Shown: in pieces, positions 29,263 to 40,667 of the stretch
Layout of the letters: each line of letters begins with the position of its first letter
How positions within the stretch are numbered: the stretch's first letter is position 1
Assembly: GCA_965197475.1 (NCBI GenBank)
Contig: CBDANF010000003.1
Span: forward strand, 352,001 to 416,000
Direction: 5' to 3'
DNA length: 64,000 nt
Origin: Candidatus Poribacteria bacterium
GTDB lineage: Bacteria > Poribacteria > WGA-4E > WGA-3G
Position numbers and translations under genes: made by a program
Notes under the pieces: model-generated
The model's input: the letters and a program-made list of their open reading frames with translations, nothing else
Databases searched by the model: none
What the model was told of the DNA's origin: nothing

Positions 29263-30393
29263 ATGAAAATTCGAACAATTACCATAGGTATTCCGTTCCC
29301 TTTTTCCTCCTATCAACTTCAACGTGCTGCAAAATTTAACGCCGCTTGCCGATCCTGCTTTGAAGCGAACGGTTACGACGTACAAACAACACGTGTAAGC
29401 TGTCAAATTTGGAATGAGTCACGAGATGTAGATACAATCCTTGCGTTAGAGTCCGAAGCACAAGCATTAGGAATTGAGTTCCTTAGCTTAGGCACAATCC
29501 AGCCGGAGAAACGTTACACAGAAATGCATCTCACTCGTGTCGCCGATGTGATTGTCCAGAGTGAGATACTCTTCGCCACCGTCACCCTTACGACAGAATC
29601 TGGACATATAGACTTAAACACCGCTGAAAGCACTGCGGGTATCATTCAGCAGATAGCACACCAAACTGATGCTGGCTACGGAAACCTCCGCTTCGCAGCG
29701 TTGATGAACTGCCCACCAAATACACCCTTCTTCCCAGCTGCATTTTGGCACGACACCAGAACTAACTTCAGCATCGGATGGCAGGCGATTGACTTTGTAG
29801 AAGCCGCTTTCACGGATGCACCAAATTTAGAAACAGCCCTGCAAAATCTGAAAACCCTTATGGAAACAGAAGGACAGAAGATTGTTAAACTTGCAGAAAC
29901 GTTCGCAAAGGAATGGGGTATAAAGTTTATCGGCATAGACACATCTCTTGCACCGATGGGTGATGAAAGCATCGCTTACGCAATGGAAAAACAACTCCCC
30001 GGATACTTTGGCGAACGCGGTACTTTATCAGTCGCTGCCGGTTTAACGCAAACACTTCGTACACTTTCGCTCCCGTTGTGCGGGTATTCGGGATTAATGC
30101 TTCCTGTCCTTGAAGATGTTGGATTGGGTGAGCGCAGTGAAGCAGGTCTTTTCAATTTAGACAGTCTCCTACTCTATTCTACCGTTTGCGGAACCGGTCT
30201 GGACACAATTCCTATTCCAGGCGATGCTTCCATATCTCAGATCATCGCTATTTTGACTGATGTTGCTACACTCTCTGAACGGCTCAAAAAACCGCTATCG
30301 GTCCGCCTTTTTCCCGTTCCAGGATTGAAGGCAGGCGATATGACCCAGTTTCAATCCCCGTATCTGACAAATACTGCTGTGATACAGATATAG
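29263..30393 (+). CDS. DUF711 family protein
   Basis: KIRTIT, PFFPAA, GIDTSLAP, GYSGLMLPVLED, STVCGTGLDTIPIPGD. Confidence 0.8.
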   Translation: MKIRTITIGIPFPFSSYQLQRAAKFNAACRSCFEANGYDVQTTRVSCQIWNESRDVDTILALESEAQALGIEFLSLGTIQPEKRYTEMHLTRVADVIVQSEILFATVTLTTESGHIDLNTAESTAGIIQQIAHQTDAGYGNLRFAALMNCPPNTPFFPAAFWHDTRTNFSIGWQAIDFVEAAFTDAPNLETALQNLKTLMETEGQKIVKLAETFAKEWGIKFIGIDTSLAPMGDESIAYAMEKQLPGYFGERGTLSVAAGLTQTLRTLSLPLCGYSGLMLPVLEDVGLGERSEAGLFNLDSLLLYSTVCGTGLDTIPIPGDASISQIIAILTDVATLSERLKKPLSVRLFPVPGLKAGDMTQFQSPYLTNTAVIQI

Positions 30394-30591
30394 ACAGAAA
30401 TTCATGGCAAAGTATGAACTTTTCATTTTTCTGGCAAAAAATTTAACAAAAATCGGTTTTTGTATATAATAAACAGACTCATGTCAAGACTAAGTGCGGA
30501 GGTTTTTAGAGAATCCAAGTGTACAGTGAGTTTATTCAAATAAAACGCACATACTTTTTACATGATGCCGAGGTAGACAAATCGGATTCTG

Positions 30592-31065
30592 TCATGAAGG
30601 TCTATAACCTCCGAAAGTTGAGAATGTATCGGTTTCGCTGTCGTATCGACTCACACCTTCATCTGTAGCAAACCAAACCCATTTTCCATCAACCGCAACA
30701 GCGTTGACCATATCATTTGCCAATCCGTCTTCCATCGTGTAGTGAAGCCATCTGTCTTGTGTGCGTTTCCAGCGAGAAACTCCTCTTGCGGTTGCAATCC
30801 ATACATTCTCTGAATCGGCAGCGATACAGTTGACTTCATTGCTGATAAGCGTGCGTTTCACGGGCCATGTCTTGGTGGGTTTTGAATTTGGACAGGAATT
30901 CGCGTAAAGCGTATCGGATTGCGGGTCAGTTATTCCTAACGGCCCACACCCTACAACGAGAAATAAGGGTATCAGTAATAAGATATACGCTACTGTAGGT
31001 GCGGACAACCATTTGTGCTTGCAAGTAATTGAGGGAGGATCGCTGTCATCTAATCGGTTCATCAT
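30592..31065 (-). pseudogene. Truncated beta-propeller (two-component regulator propeller-like) lipoprotein
   Basis: Lipobox VVGC; only about 2 blades (VWIATARGVSR, GLANDMV..VWFATDEGVSRYD) followed by an abrupt end. Confidence 0.55.
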
Positions 31066-31084
31066 TTTTTCACACCTCTTAATT

Positions 31085-32939
31085 TTAGTTGCGCATTTTC
31101 AAATCTGCCCACGTAGTGGTAAACTTACCACTTGCGGACACGAGTCCTCTCAGACGAACTGTTGCTAATTGTTTCCGAACCCCCGCATGCGAAACATCCT
31201 CTATCCGATAATAGTAAACGGTATTCGGTTTGGCGGCGGTATCTGTCCATGTATACTCATTCCGTTCACCTGTGGTGCCTGCACCTTGTATCATTGTGGG
31301 ATTGACGATTTTGAATTCATCCTCCTTTGTTTCACTACGGTATATGAAAAATCCTGCGTTGTCCACTTCAGATTCGGTAGTCCATTTTAGGACAACGCCT
31401 GTATCGGCGTGTTCTGCCCGGAAATAGGATAAGGTGACGGGTAACGGTTCGCCACCCCACTTGAGATATATTTTTATATCTGGATTCTTTTCCAAGAGTT
31501 CAAAGAGTGGTTCTCTATCCTCAATTGGGTTCCCCTCAAGTCGTAATTCTTTAAGATTTACAAGTTCAGACAAAGGCCTCACATCACTAATTTGATTGCC
31601 CGTAAGGTTTAAAAAGCGTAACCTTGTTAAGCCTACAAGCGGACTTACATCACTAATTTGATTGGCCACTATCTCTAATCGGCTTAACTGTGTCAATCCT
31701 GCAAAAGGACTGACATCGTTAATTTTATTCCCAGAGATTAATAAGTTGCTCAATTGTGTTAATCCTACAAGTGGTGTAAGGTCAACAATTTGGTTCTGAC
31801 CGAGGTATATATACGTTAGATTGACTGCCTTTTGAAGCCCTGTAAGATCCGTTATACGCTTGCTTTCGACATGTAGTCTGTACAATGCCCGCATATCCAG
31901 TTGTGTGATGGCATCCCCAGGAGCTAAGCCAAGTCTATTCTTAATTAAAGATGCTAAATTCATATCTGGTATTGAAATAGTTTCGGGTGGTGGCAGCAAA
32001 TCATTGAAATCAAAGGAGAACCCTTTCGTTTTTTTGTTTCCATGTATATCATATAACTTAACTACTACATAGTTTTTTTCTCAGGTGGAAATTCAGTAGT
32101 CGTAAATTCAACTATCGTATTATATTTACCTTCTAAGAGTTTGCAACTCGCCAGGTTGAAGTCGCGAAAAGTCCCCAACACGGCTTGATAGAGTCCATCG
32201 GGATCAGATACCTGAAAGCGAAGGCGAATAGCATCTGATGATATAGTGAGGCTCGGGGGAAGCATTTGAACAGTTGTGTTGTCATTTACGGGGCCTTGGG
32301 TAGGGTTGAAGTAGGGATGTATATTTAACAATTCAGCAGCACATAATGAAATTTCACTTTGGAATGCCCAATCTCCGTAGGACATTATATATATATATCA
32401 TCTCGCCAATCGTGGTCTAACCCAAAGGTATGCCCAAGTTCGTGTGCAACAACATTAAGTACTCTGCACCCGCGAACGTTGATAAAAGCAAATCTTCCGG
32501 CTCCTATCCCACAGAACCCTTTTATATCTAGCTCAATGAAGATGAGGCAGATATTCTTTGATGTGTCAAAATATGCACCAATTTCTTTTTTAATTTTGCC
32601 AGTAAAGTCGTCACGCTGGTAATGGGCATTCTGGTAATGGGCATTATTAAACTTTCCTTCTACATGATGTACTACCTTTCCAGTTGTATCTGCTTCAAAC
32701 GTAAATGTTTTTCTGCCAAATCCATGCCGTGCCATCTCATCGGCGTAAAACTTTTGAGCATCTTTCACCAATGTATCCAGTTTTGTATCTATGTCAGGAT
32801 CAGGTTGACGGTCATTCGGGATAAAATAGATTACTCGTACAACATATTCGGGTGAGTCGTCTTGCGCGAAACTATTCGGCACAAATGTGAACGTTACAAA
32901 AGTAAGTAGTGTGAGTGTGAGACATAACATCGTTTTCAT
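31085..32939 (-). pseudogene. Secreted metzincin metalloprotease - LRR (internalin-like) - FN3-like protein, split into three ORFs by two frameshifts
   Basis: ORFs 32385-32939 (signal peptide, HELGHTFGLDH), 32065-32385 (MSYG Met-turn) and 31085-31999 (LRRs, PLPVTLS..., GKFTTTWADLK). Breaks fall at (TA)6T 32386-32398 and T7 32073-32079. Confidence 0.8.
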
Positions 32940-33006
32940 GCGTTAGTTCTCCTTTATTATAGATTGTTTATCATCTATAGCTGCTTGCCAGAGATTTTGT
33001 GTTTAT

Positions 33007-33041
33007 GTAGGGACAGGTAAGGCATAAAAACCTCGCCCTAC
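33007..33041. repeat. REP-like inverted repeat GTAGGG...CCCTAC
   Basis: GTAGGGACAGGT ... ACCTCGCCCTAC just downstream of the DUF5060 gene. Confidence 0.45.
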
Positions 33042-33054
33042 AGTGCTAAATATT

Positions 33055-35397
33055 TCATTCACCTTGAATAATCTTAAACTTATGTGCAGCCTCTTCCAAA
33101 CCGATAAAACGACTATAAATTGCTACGTGACTCAGTTTGCCTTTCCAGTTCCTGCCGCCACTTGCTTCATCGCCGAAAAGCAACGGATAGCGTTCCCAAT
33201 TACTGAAATCCCCTTGCGTTCCGTTGCTAACATGGACAAGTTCACCGTTAATGTAGCAGTAGACGTTCCCCTCAAAATAACTGACGATGACGTGCGTAGG
33301 TTTTCCCAGTTCAATCTTACCGAAAGCAAACTCGCCACCTAACGCATTCGTGCCGGTTCTCGGCGTGCGAATTCTCACAGCAAAACTGCTTCCATCCTGT
33401 CCGAAAGTGAAGTTACGATGGGTAGCGTCGTTTGAGAAGGAGATAATCCGCGCGGGACCACTCTGGTCAAGATTATCCGTCGTAACGAGACACTCAAGCG
33501 TTAATTGATTATTTTGTTGACATGCTGCGAGGAGTGTATCATTGACATTCTTGGCAAGGATTGCACCGCCTGTTAGATCCATCTGTCCGTTTTCAGTAAT
33601 TGATGCGTCGTCCCGCGGTTCAATTTCATTGCTACCATCAAGTGTGCCGTGCCAGAGAAACACAAGTTCATCGCTTGAACCGGGAAATTCTGTATGCGTC
33701 CCGACATCAGTGGGTGCTTCGGGGGATACATGGATTGCCAAGGATGTTGTAGATATTACGCCTTCAGCATCAGTCACAGTGAGCGTCACGATGTATTGTC
33801 CGAGGCTTTCGTAAACGTGTGTTGGATTCAATTCATCGGATATAGTGCCATCTCCGAAATCCCAATGTTGCATCAAATCGTCTGCTGCGGAGAAGTTAAC
33901 CGTGAACGGCGCACTCCCTTGCAGTGCATCAGCGGATGCTTTTGCCTCAGGACGGAGTTTCTCACCTGGCGAGTATAACGTAAAACGATACGCGAAACCA
34001 CTGTGGGGTGCAGCGAACCTATACGTTCCCGGTTGTGCTGTCCCGATAGGAATGATTTTCATGTTCCATGTATCCACACGATCGACTTTATAGGGTTGTT
34101 CTCCTTTCAGATCTAAGATTATCGTTTGTGGGGCAGTCATGTAAACAAGGTAGTATTCCCCATGTTTGGCGAGGATGTATCGACCTGCATCATCACCGAT
34201 CGGTTCAAGCGTATCAAACGGCGGTGCATCAGTCATGAAGTCTCTGAGAAATGCAATTCTCGGTGGACTTTCACCACGCAGCACACCTCCTTTTGCCCAC
34301 CAAAGAAGGTCTTCAGGATGTTTGTATGTTTCCCCGTGCCCGACGTAGCATCCTGAAACAGTTCCTGCCCAAAAGTGTTGTACCATTTCTTGTGGTGTTA
34401 GACTTCCCCATCCCTGTGGAACATCCCCTTCGTAGCGGCACTCATCATAGATAACAGGTTTTCCGTATCGGGTACGATAGTGGATTCCCTCTGCCATATT
34501 ATAAGTTTGGATACTGGTGTGTGTCACCCACGGTTTGTTGTGATCATACCAACCTCTGCAGTTGTGAATCCCACGTAACCGCTGATACGGGTCATGGTCG
34601 CGGATAATCTGGAAAAACCGATCCCAATCCGATTCCTCTTTCGCTGGCATGATGTCATATTCATTTGCCAGAGACCACCAGACGTTTCGGAAAGTCGCCA
34701 AGCGCGCAACTGTATACCGAAGGTAACGGTCATCACTTTCGGCATCCATGTTTTCAAAATCCCATCTGTCATAAGTGTGGAAAAGAATAATATCCGCTTC
34801 AATACCGAGCTTTAATAGGTCTTGAACGCGCTGCTCAAAATGCTGCCAGAATTCGGGATTGAATCTTGTGAAATCCCAATCTTTCAGTGGTTTTCCTTCA
34901 TACGGATAGTAGGCCGGTTCATTTTTGTTGTAGCTGTAATCCTTGGGAAAGACACACATCCGTATCTTGTTGAAGGGTGCCATGCTGAGGGTTTTGAGCG
35001 TCTGTTCCTCCATAGCATCCCCTTGATGCGCCCATGCGTAGCAAGTTGTACCAAACTGATGATACGGTGAATCATCGGCATAACGGAGATAGAAATTCTT
35101 ATGGACTTGCACAGGTCCATGGTTCCCCTCGGAAGGTTCAATGCATGTGAACTGACCCGTTTTACCGTCGAGCTCGGTGCTGTTACTTTTCGTAGTGTAG
35201 GTCCATTCCCCAACTTCGTCGGGCATGAATCGGATTTTGTATATTCCGTCTCCGTCGTAGAACCCGTGTGGTTCAAAAGTCCGACTCCCTTTTATATCAC
35301 GGCGTTTAAATTCTGCTGTCAATTCGACCTCAACGAACGGATTTCCCATTCCTGGTCCATTCAAAGTTAACTCATATATTCCCCAACGTTCAACCAT
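33055..35397 (-). CDS. DUF5060/DUF4038 (GH140-like TIM barrel) glycoside hydrolase with PKD and LamG-like domains
   Basis: GFYDGDGIYKIRFMP, GTTCYAW, WWSLANEYD, YDECRYEG; PKD WDFGDG; LamG SGPARIISFS..GKLSHVAIY; AAGGAG RBS before the ATG at 35397. Confidence 0.8.
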   Translation of the reverse strand: MVERWGIYELTLNGPGMGNPFVEVELTAEFKRRDIKGSRTFEPHGFYDGDGIYKIRFMPDEVGEWTYTTKSNSTELDGKTGQFTCIEPSEGNHGPVQVHKNFYLRYADDSPYHQFGTTCYAWAHQGDAMEEQTLKTLSMAPFNKIRMCVFPKDYSYNKNEPAYYPYEGKPLKDWDFTRFNPEFWQHFEQRVQDLLKLGIEADIILFHTYDRWDFENMDAESDDRYLRYTVARLATFRNVWWSLANEYDIMPAKEESDWDRFFQIIRDHDPYQRLRGIHNCRGWYDHNKPWVTHTSIQTYNMAEGIHYRTRYGKPVIYDECRYEGDVPQGWGSLTPQEMVQHFWAGTVSGCYVGHGETYKHPEDLLWWAKGGVLRGESPPRIAFLRDFMTDAPPFDTLEPIGDDAGRYILAKHGEYYLVYMTAPQTIILDLKGEQPYKVDRVDTWNMKIIPIGTAQPGTYRFAAPHSGFAYRFTLYSPGEKLRPEAKASADALQGSAPFTVNFSAADDLMQHWDFGDGTISDELNPTHVYESLGQYIVTLTVTDAEGVISTTSLAIHVSPEAPTDVGTHTEFPGSSDELVFLWHGTLDGSNEIEPRDDASITENGQMDLTGGAILAKNVNDTLLAACQQNNQLTLECLVTTDNLDQSGPARIISFSNDATHRNFTFGQDGSSFAVRIRTPRTGTNALGGEFAFGKIELGKPTHVIVSYFEGNVYCYINGELVHVSNGTQGDFSNWERYPLLFGDEASGGRNWKGKLSHVAIYSRFIGLEEAAHKFKIIQGE

Positions 35398-35624
35398 AGA
35401 TTTCTCCTTATCTTGTTTCAAATGTGCCTATGTATTTCCGAACGAAATGATTCCAATGAGAAAGATTATAGAAAAAATACGTCTCAATGTCCGACCTCCA
35501 CTAGTCAAACTATAGCAGCTTGACGATAATATAACGAGGTTTTCTGTTCCAAAAACGGTATGTCCTTACATTGCTCAAGTATACTTGAAAAATTGACGTG
35601 CGTCAAGAAATTCTGAGACATTCA

Positions 35625-36643
35625 CAAAGCCATTCAGTTTTCGAAAACATATCAATGTATGTGTAGGTAATAATCATGTGTGGCATGATATTTCACGCCA
35701 CACATGATGGACTTCACCGTAAAGATTACCCTAAAATCATTTGAGGTGAACAATGACAAAACCAAGGTCTCGCCATCTCCTTGAAATGTTAGCAGAAATT
35801 CCTGATTTTCGCGAGGCACAAGGCAAACGCGATCCGCTCTCTGCCATTTTAGGTCTTACGGTTTGGGCAATGCTGTGGGTTATCGTAGTTACAGCACTAT
35901 CGCACATGGGGCGAACTTATCACTCCGCGCTCGTCCGGGCACTTGGGTTCACACACAAAAAACACCTTGTGCCTCAACGCTACCCTATTTTCAAAAACAT
36001 AAACGTAGAAGCGTTACAAAAACATTGAGTGAGTAGGCATCCGGTGTGTTGGCGGCTTTGCCTGATGAAGTTGACACGACTGCCATGGCAATGGATGGCA
36101 AATCCTTATTATGTCATGCCTGTCAAGGCGAACCAGAAATCATTTTTAGATGATATTCGCACCTTATTTAAACCCTTAACCACAGGCGAGAGCAGCATCC
36201 AGGCAGACCAAAGCACTCAAAAATACACACGCTGCTCTCTGCGCACATCTGGAGGACTCTCACGAAACAGTTGAAAAAGGACGCTGTTGGACTGAAACAC
36301 ACACGCATACCCGCACAGGAAAAACAACACATTGGATACAATATAGCATAACGAGTTTGCCACCAGAAGACAGCTCCGCAGCACGATTTTTGACACTACG
36401 GCGTGGACATTGGGCAATAGAGAACCTTTCACATCGCACTCGGGATATGCTATTTGGTGAGGATGCGTCTCAAGTGCGGTGTGGTAGCATACCACAAGTA
36501 ATGTGCACATTACGCAATACGGTGATGAGCCTGTTGTGCACCTCTGGATACACAAAAATAGCATACGCACTCCGAAATTTCGCCGCACATCCAGACCAAG
36601 CACTTAAACTTATCTGAATAAATACCGAAAATTGAATGGTCTG
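35625..36643 (+). mobile_element. Degenerate ISAs1-family insertion sequence (transposase pseudogene)
   Basis: Fragments IPDFR..QGKR..L..IL, YVMPVKANQK, RGHWAIENLSH..RDMLFGEDASQVRCG. Imperfect TIRs CCATTCAGTTTTCG / CGAAAATTGAATGG; internal hairpin at 35673-35708. Confidence 0.85.
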
Positions 36644-36755
36644 ACTTGCAATTTTCAGTCAAGTATAGTATAATCTTTAAATATATTTTCCTCATAACAC
36701 GCTGATGATCTACCTAATGCAGACGTAGGAAATTTTACAACAAAATATACATAAA

Positions 36756-37940
36756 ATGAACATACACGAATACCAAGCTAAAGAGTTTTTAGAGTCCTTC
36801 GGTGTTAATACACTCCCCGGTAGAGTCGCTGAAACGCCGGAAGAAGCGGTAGACATTGCCAAAACAATTGGTTGTCCACGATATGTTGTGAAAGCGCAAA
36901 TTCATGCAGGTGGACGCGGAAAAGGTGGCGGCGTTAAACTCGCAAACTCCATCGCTGAAGTAAAACAACTCACCGCAAATATGCTCGGAATGCAACTGGT
37001 AACACCTCAGACGGGTCCCGAAGGCAAACTTGTTAGAAAAGTTCTTATTGTCCAAGCCGCTGAAATACAGAAAGAGTTCTATCTTGCCATTTTACTTGAT
37101 CGAGAGACATCACAAATCACCTTAATTGGAAGCGAAGAGGGGGGTGTCAATATTGAAGAAGTAGCGGCACGAACCCCCGAAAAGATTATTAAGACACAGA
37201 TTCATCCCGCCTTTGGGTTAACCGAATTTCAAGCACGAGAATTCGCATACAAACTGATCACTGACACAACCTATCGGCAAGTTATCCCAAACACCGCTGA
37301 GTTGATTATGTGTCTTTACAATGCGTTTGTTGAATGCGATTGTTCACTGATAGAGATTAATCCGTTAACAATTGTAGGTGAAGATGATGACTTAGAAATC
37401 GTCGCGCTTGACTCTAAAGTCAACTTTGACGACAATTCCCTCTGGCGGCATTCAGAAATTTCTGTGATGCGCGATCTACACGAAGAAGACCCCAGCGAAT
37501 TAGAGGCAAGTGAATCTGGACTTAGTTACATCCGCCTTGATGGTAATATCGGCTGTATGGTAAACGGAGCGGGTTTGGCTATGGCAACAATGGATATTAT
37601 CAAACAGAAAGGTGGCGAACCTGCGAACTTTCTTGATGTCGGCGGCGGTGCATCCGTAGAGGCAGTCGCACACGCTTTCCGTCTCATCCTTGCTGACGAA
37701 AACGTAAAAGCCGTTCTTGTTAATATCTTTGGCGGCATCATGAAATGCGACACTATAGCAACAGGGATTGTTGAGGCTGCAAAGCAGGTCAAACTCAACG
37801 TTCCGCTTGTGGTTCGATTAGAAGGGACAAATGTGGAACTCGGAAAACAAATTATTGCCGAATCTGATTTGAACCTTCAACTGGCAGAGGGGCTTTCTGA
37901 AGCAGCGGAACTTGCGGTGACTGCAGCAAACGCTGCATAG
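36756..37940 (+). CDS. sucC: Succinate--CoA ligase beta subunit
   Basis: [46 protein letters not shown]. Confidence 0.97.
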   Translation: MNIHEYQAKEFLESFGVNTLPGRVAETPEEAVDIAKTIGCPRYVVKAQIHAGGRGKGGGVKLANSIAEVKQLTANMLGMQLVTPQTGPEGKLVRKVLIVQAAEIQKEFYLAILLDRETSQITLIGSEEGGVNIEEVAARTPEKIIKTQIHPAFGLTEFQAREFAYKLITDTTYRQVIPNTAELIMCLYNAFVECDCSLIEINPLTIVGEDDDLEIVALDSKVNFDDNSLWRHSEISVMRDLHEEDPSELEASESGLSYIRLDGNIGCMVNGAGLAMATMDIIKQKGGEPANFLDVGGGASVEAVAHAFRLILADENVKAVLVNIFGGIMKCDTIATGIVEAAKQVKLNVPLVVRLEGTNVELGKQIIAESDLNLQLAEGLSEAAELAVTAANAA

Positions 37941-37971
37941 ATATGTTTTTCGGGTGGGCAGGAAAGAGAAA

Positions 37972-39162
37972 ATGGCAAAACTTGAATTAGCAGATATAGA
38001 CGTAGCCGGAAAACGGGTTCTCGTACGCGTGGACTTTAACGTCCCTCTTAAAGACGGAAAAATTACGGATAAAACCCGTATTACTGCTGCTTTGCCAACC
38101 CTTTTAGACCTTATCCATCGGAATGCAAAAATTATCCTTGTTACACACTTAGGCAGACCAACAGTAGGATCATCCACAGATCGCGAAGAACTTTCTACCG
38201 CCCCAATTGCTATTGCACTTAGTCAAAAACTGGGCAAACGTGTTGCACATGTTGGCGATTGTATTGGTGGAACAGTGCAAAATGCTGTTGATTCGTTAGA
38301 AAACGGTGAGATTCTACTCCTTGAGAACGTTCGGTTTTATACCGAGGAAACAGATAACGATCCAGAATTTTCGAAGCAACTTGCCTCTCTTGCAGATGTT
38401 TATGTCAACGATGCCTTTGGGACTGCCCATCGCGCTCATGCCTCAACTGAAGGGGTTACACACTACCTGACAACGTGTGCCGTAGGTTTACTCATGGCAC
38501 GCGAAATACATTACCTCAGCATGAGTCTTGAGAACCCCGCGCGACCTTATGTGGCAATTCTTGGTGGCGCGAAAATATCCGATAAAATTACGCTGATTGA
38601 GAATCTATTGGGAAAGGTTGATAGTCTATTAATCGGTGGTGGTATGACTTACACGTTTCTTGCTGCAATGGGAGTTTCTATCGGTAATTCGCTCGTTGAA
38701 ACGGAGAAACTTGACGTTGCAGCATCACTAATTAAAAAGGAAGGGTTTTCAGATTCCGTCCTCCTACCTGCTGATCACGTTGTAGGGCGCGCGTTTGATC
38801 CTGAAACCGAATCTCAGATTATAGATGAAGTGGCTATCCCTGATGGATGGCAAGGATTGGACATCGGTCCCAAAACTGTTGCTGCATTTGGTGAACGGAT
38901 CACTTCAGCGAAAACGGTAGTGTGGAACGGACCTTTAGGTGTCTATGAATTCAAAAAGTTTGCACAAGGCACAATTGCAGTTGCTAAACAGATTGCTGCC
39001 TCACAAGCAGTAAGTATCATAGGCGGTGGTGACTGTGTCGCTGCAATACAGCAAGCAGGAGTCGCTGATCGGATTACGCATGTTTCTACTGGTGGCGGAG
39101 CGTCATTAGAGTTTTTAGAGGGTAAACCCTTGCCCGGCATCACGGCATTAACTGACAAATAA
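37972..39162 (+). CDS. pgk: Phosphoglycerate kinase
   Basis: RVDFNVP, HLGRP, DAFGTAHRAHAS, WNGPLGV, STGGGASLEFLEG. Confidence 0.97.
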   Translation: MAKLELADIDVAGKRVLVRVDFNVPLKDGKITDKTRITAALPTLLDLIHRNAKIILVTHLGRPTVGSSTDREELSTAPIAIALSQKLGKRVAHVGDCIGGTVQNAVDSLENGEILLLENVRFYTEETDNDPEFSKQLASLADVYVNDAFGTAHRAHASTEGVTHYLTTCAVGLLMAREIHYLSMSLENPARPYVAILGGAKISDKITLIENLLGKVDSLLIGGGMTYTFLAAMGVSIGNSLVETEKLDVAASLIKKEGFSDSVLLPADHVVGRAFDPETESQIIDEVAIPDGWQGLDIGPKTVAAFGERITSAKTVVWNGPLGVYEFKKFAQGTIAVAKQIAASQAVSIIGGGDCVAAIQQAGVADRITHVSTGGGASLEFLEGKPLPGITALTDK

Positions 39163-39183
39163 CCAAAACAGAGAACTACTAAA

Positions 39184-40620
39184 ATGTTTGATAAAATTAC
39201 GCCTCGTAGCGAAGACTACGCAAAATGGTATACACAAGTCATCCGCCAAGCAGAGATGGCAGATTATGCCCCTGTCCGCGGGTGCATGGTGGTGCGTCCT
39301 TACGGCTATGCGCTCTGGGAAAACGTCAAGGAACAACTGGATATCCGCTTCAAAGCGACTGGTCATCAAAACGCTGCCTTTCCGCTTTTCATTCCGATGA
39401 GTTTTATTGAGAAAGAGGCTGAGCACGTCGAAGGTTTTAAACCTGAGCTCGCTGTCGTCACACACGGTGGTGGTAAAAAATTGGAAGAGCCGCTCGTCGT
39501 GCGACCAACATCTGAAACCATCATCGGCTATATGTATAGCCAGTGGATACAATCTTACCGAGACCTACCCGTGCTTATCAACCAGTGGGCAAACGTGGTG
39601 CGATGGGAGTTGCGTCCCCGCCTTTTCCTCCGAACGATGGAATTTTTCTGGCAAGAAGGGCATACTGCGCATGCAACGCATGAGGAAGCAGAAGAGGAGA
39701 CACTCCGCATCCTTGACATTTACACCGATTTTGCGGTTAACGAAGCTGCGATACCAGTCATTCCCGGTCGTAAAAGTGATAGTGAAAAGTTTCCCGGTGC
39801 CTTAACCTCCTACACAATTGAGGCAATGATGGGTGATAAGCGCGCACTTCAAGCAGGCACATCACACGATCTCGGACAAAACTTTGCTAAGGTCTTTGAT
39901 ATACAATATCTTGATGCAAACCAGAAACAACAGCACTGTTGGACAACCAGTTGGGGTGTTAGCACCCGGATGATTGGTGCGATTATCATGACACACGGAG
40001 ATGACCAAGGATTGGTGATGCCGCCAAGACTCGCACCCACGCAACTTGTTATCGTTCCGATTGTACCGAAAAATAACGATGATGCTAAACAGGCTGTCAC
40101 GCAAACCGTTAATGCAATCTGTGAAACCTTAGGCAGTATCCGCTACCATGTTGATGACCGGTACGAGTATTCCCCCGGTTGGCGATTCAACGAATGGGAA
40201 CTTAAAGGCGTGCCTTTGCGGATAGAGATTGGTCCTCGCGATATTGAAAATAAACAGGTCGTCTTTGCCAGACGAGATATTCCTGGTAAAGAAGGCAAAA
40301 CGTTCATCCCAATTGCCAATGTTGCTGAGACAGCAACGCAGATGCTTGACACAATTCAGGCGGATATGCTCAAACGTGCCACAGAATTCCGAGATGCAAA
40401 CACCTTTGAAGCAGAAAATTATGATTCATTTAAGGAGATTGTTGAAAACGGATTTGCACGTGCATGGTGGTGCGGAAACGCAGAATGCGAAGATAAGGTA
40501 AAAGAAGAGACACAAGCAACTATCCGATGTATCCCGATGGAGCAACCTGGTGGAGATGGTGCGTGTATTGTCTGCGGCACACAAGCAAAAGAGATCACAA
40601 TTTTTGCACGCGCATACTAA
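39184..40620 (+). CDS. proS: Proline--tRNA ligase (archaeal/eukaryote-type)
   Basis: RPTSET, QWANVVRWE, FFWQEGHT, HGDDQGL, C-terminal ARAY; no INS editing domain. Confidence 0.96.
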   Translation: MFDKITPRSEDYAKWYTQVIRQAEMADYAPVRGCMVVRPYGYALWENVKEQLDIRFKATGHQNAAFPLFIPMSFIEKEAEHVEGFKPELAVVTHGGGKKLEEPLVVRPTSETIIGYMYSQWIQSYRDLPVLINQWANVVRWELRPRLFLRTMEFFWQEGHTAHATHEEAEEETLRILDIYTDFAVNEAAIPVIPGRKSDSEKFPGALTSYTIEAMMGDKRALQAGTSHDLGQNFAKVFDIQYLDANQKQQHCWTTSWGVSTRMIGAIIMTHGDDQGLVMPPRLAPTQLVIVPIVPKNNDDAKQAVTQTVNAICETLGSIRYHVDDRYEYSPGWRFNEWELKGVPLRIEIGPRDIENKQVVFARRDIPGKEGKTFIPIANVAETATQMLDTIQADMLKRATEFRDANTFEAENYDSFKEIVENGFARAWWCGNAECEDKVKEETQATIRCIPMEQPGGDGACIVCGTQAKEITIFARAY

Positions 40621-40667
40621 CATAAACTATAGTTTGGGTTTACGATGTGTACTAAAGAAGGCATTAA

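Noticed and set aside
35681-35696. Possible sigma-54 promoter TGGCATGATATTTCA
   Set aside because: It lacks the -12 TTGC and is part of the ISAs1 internal hairpin.
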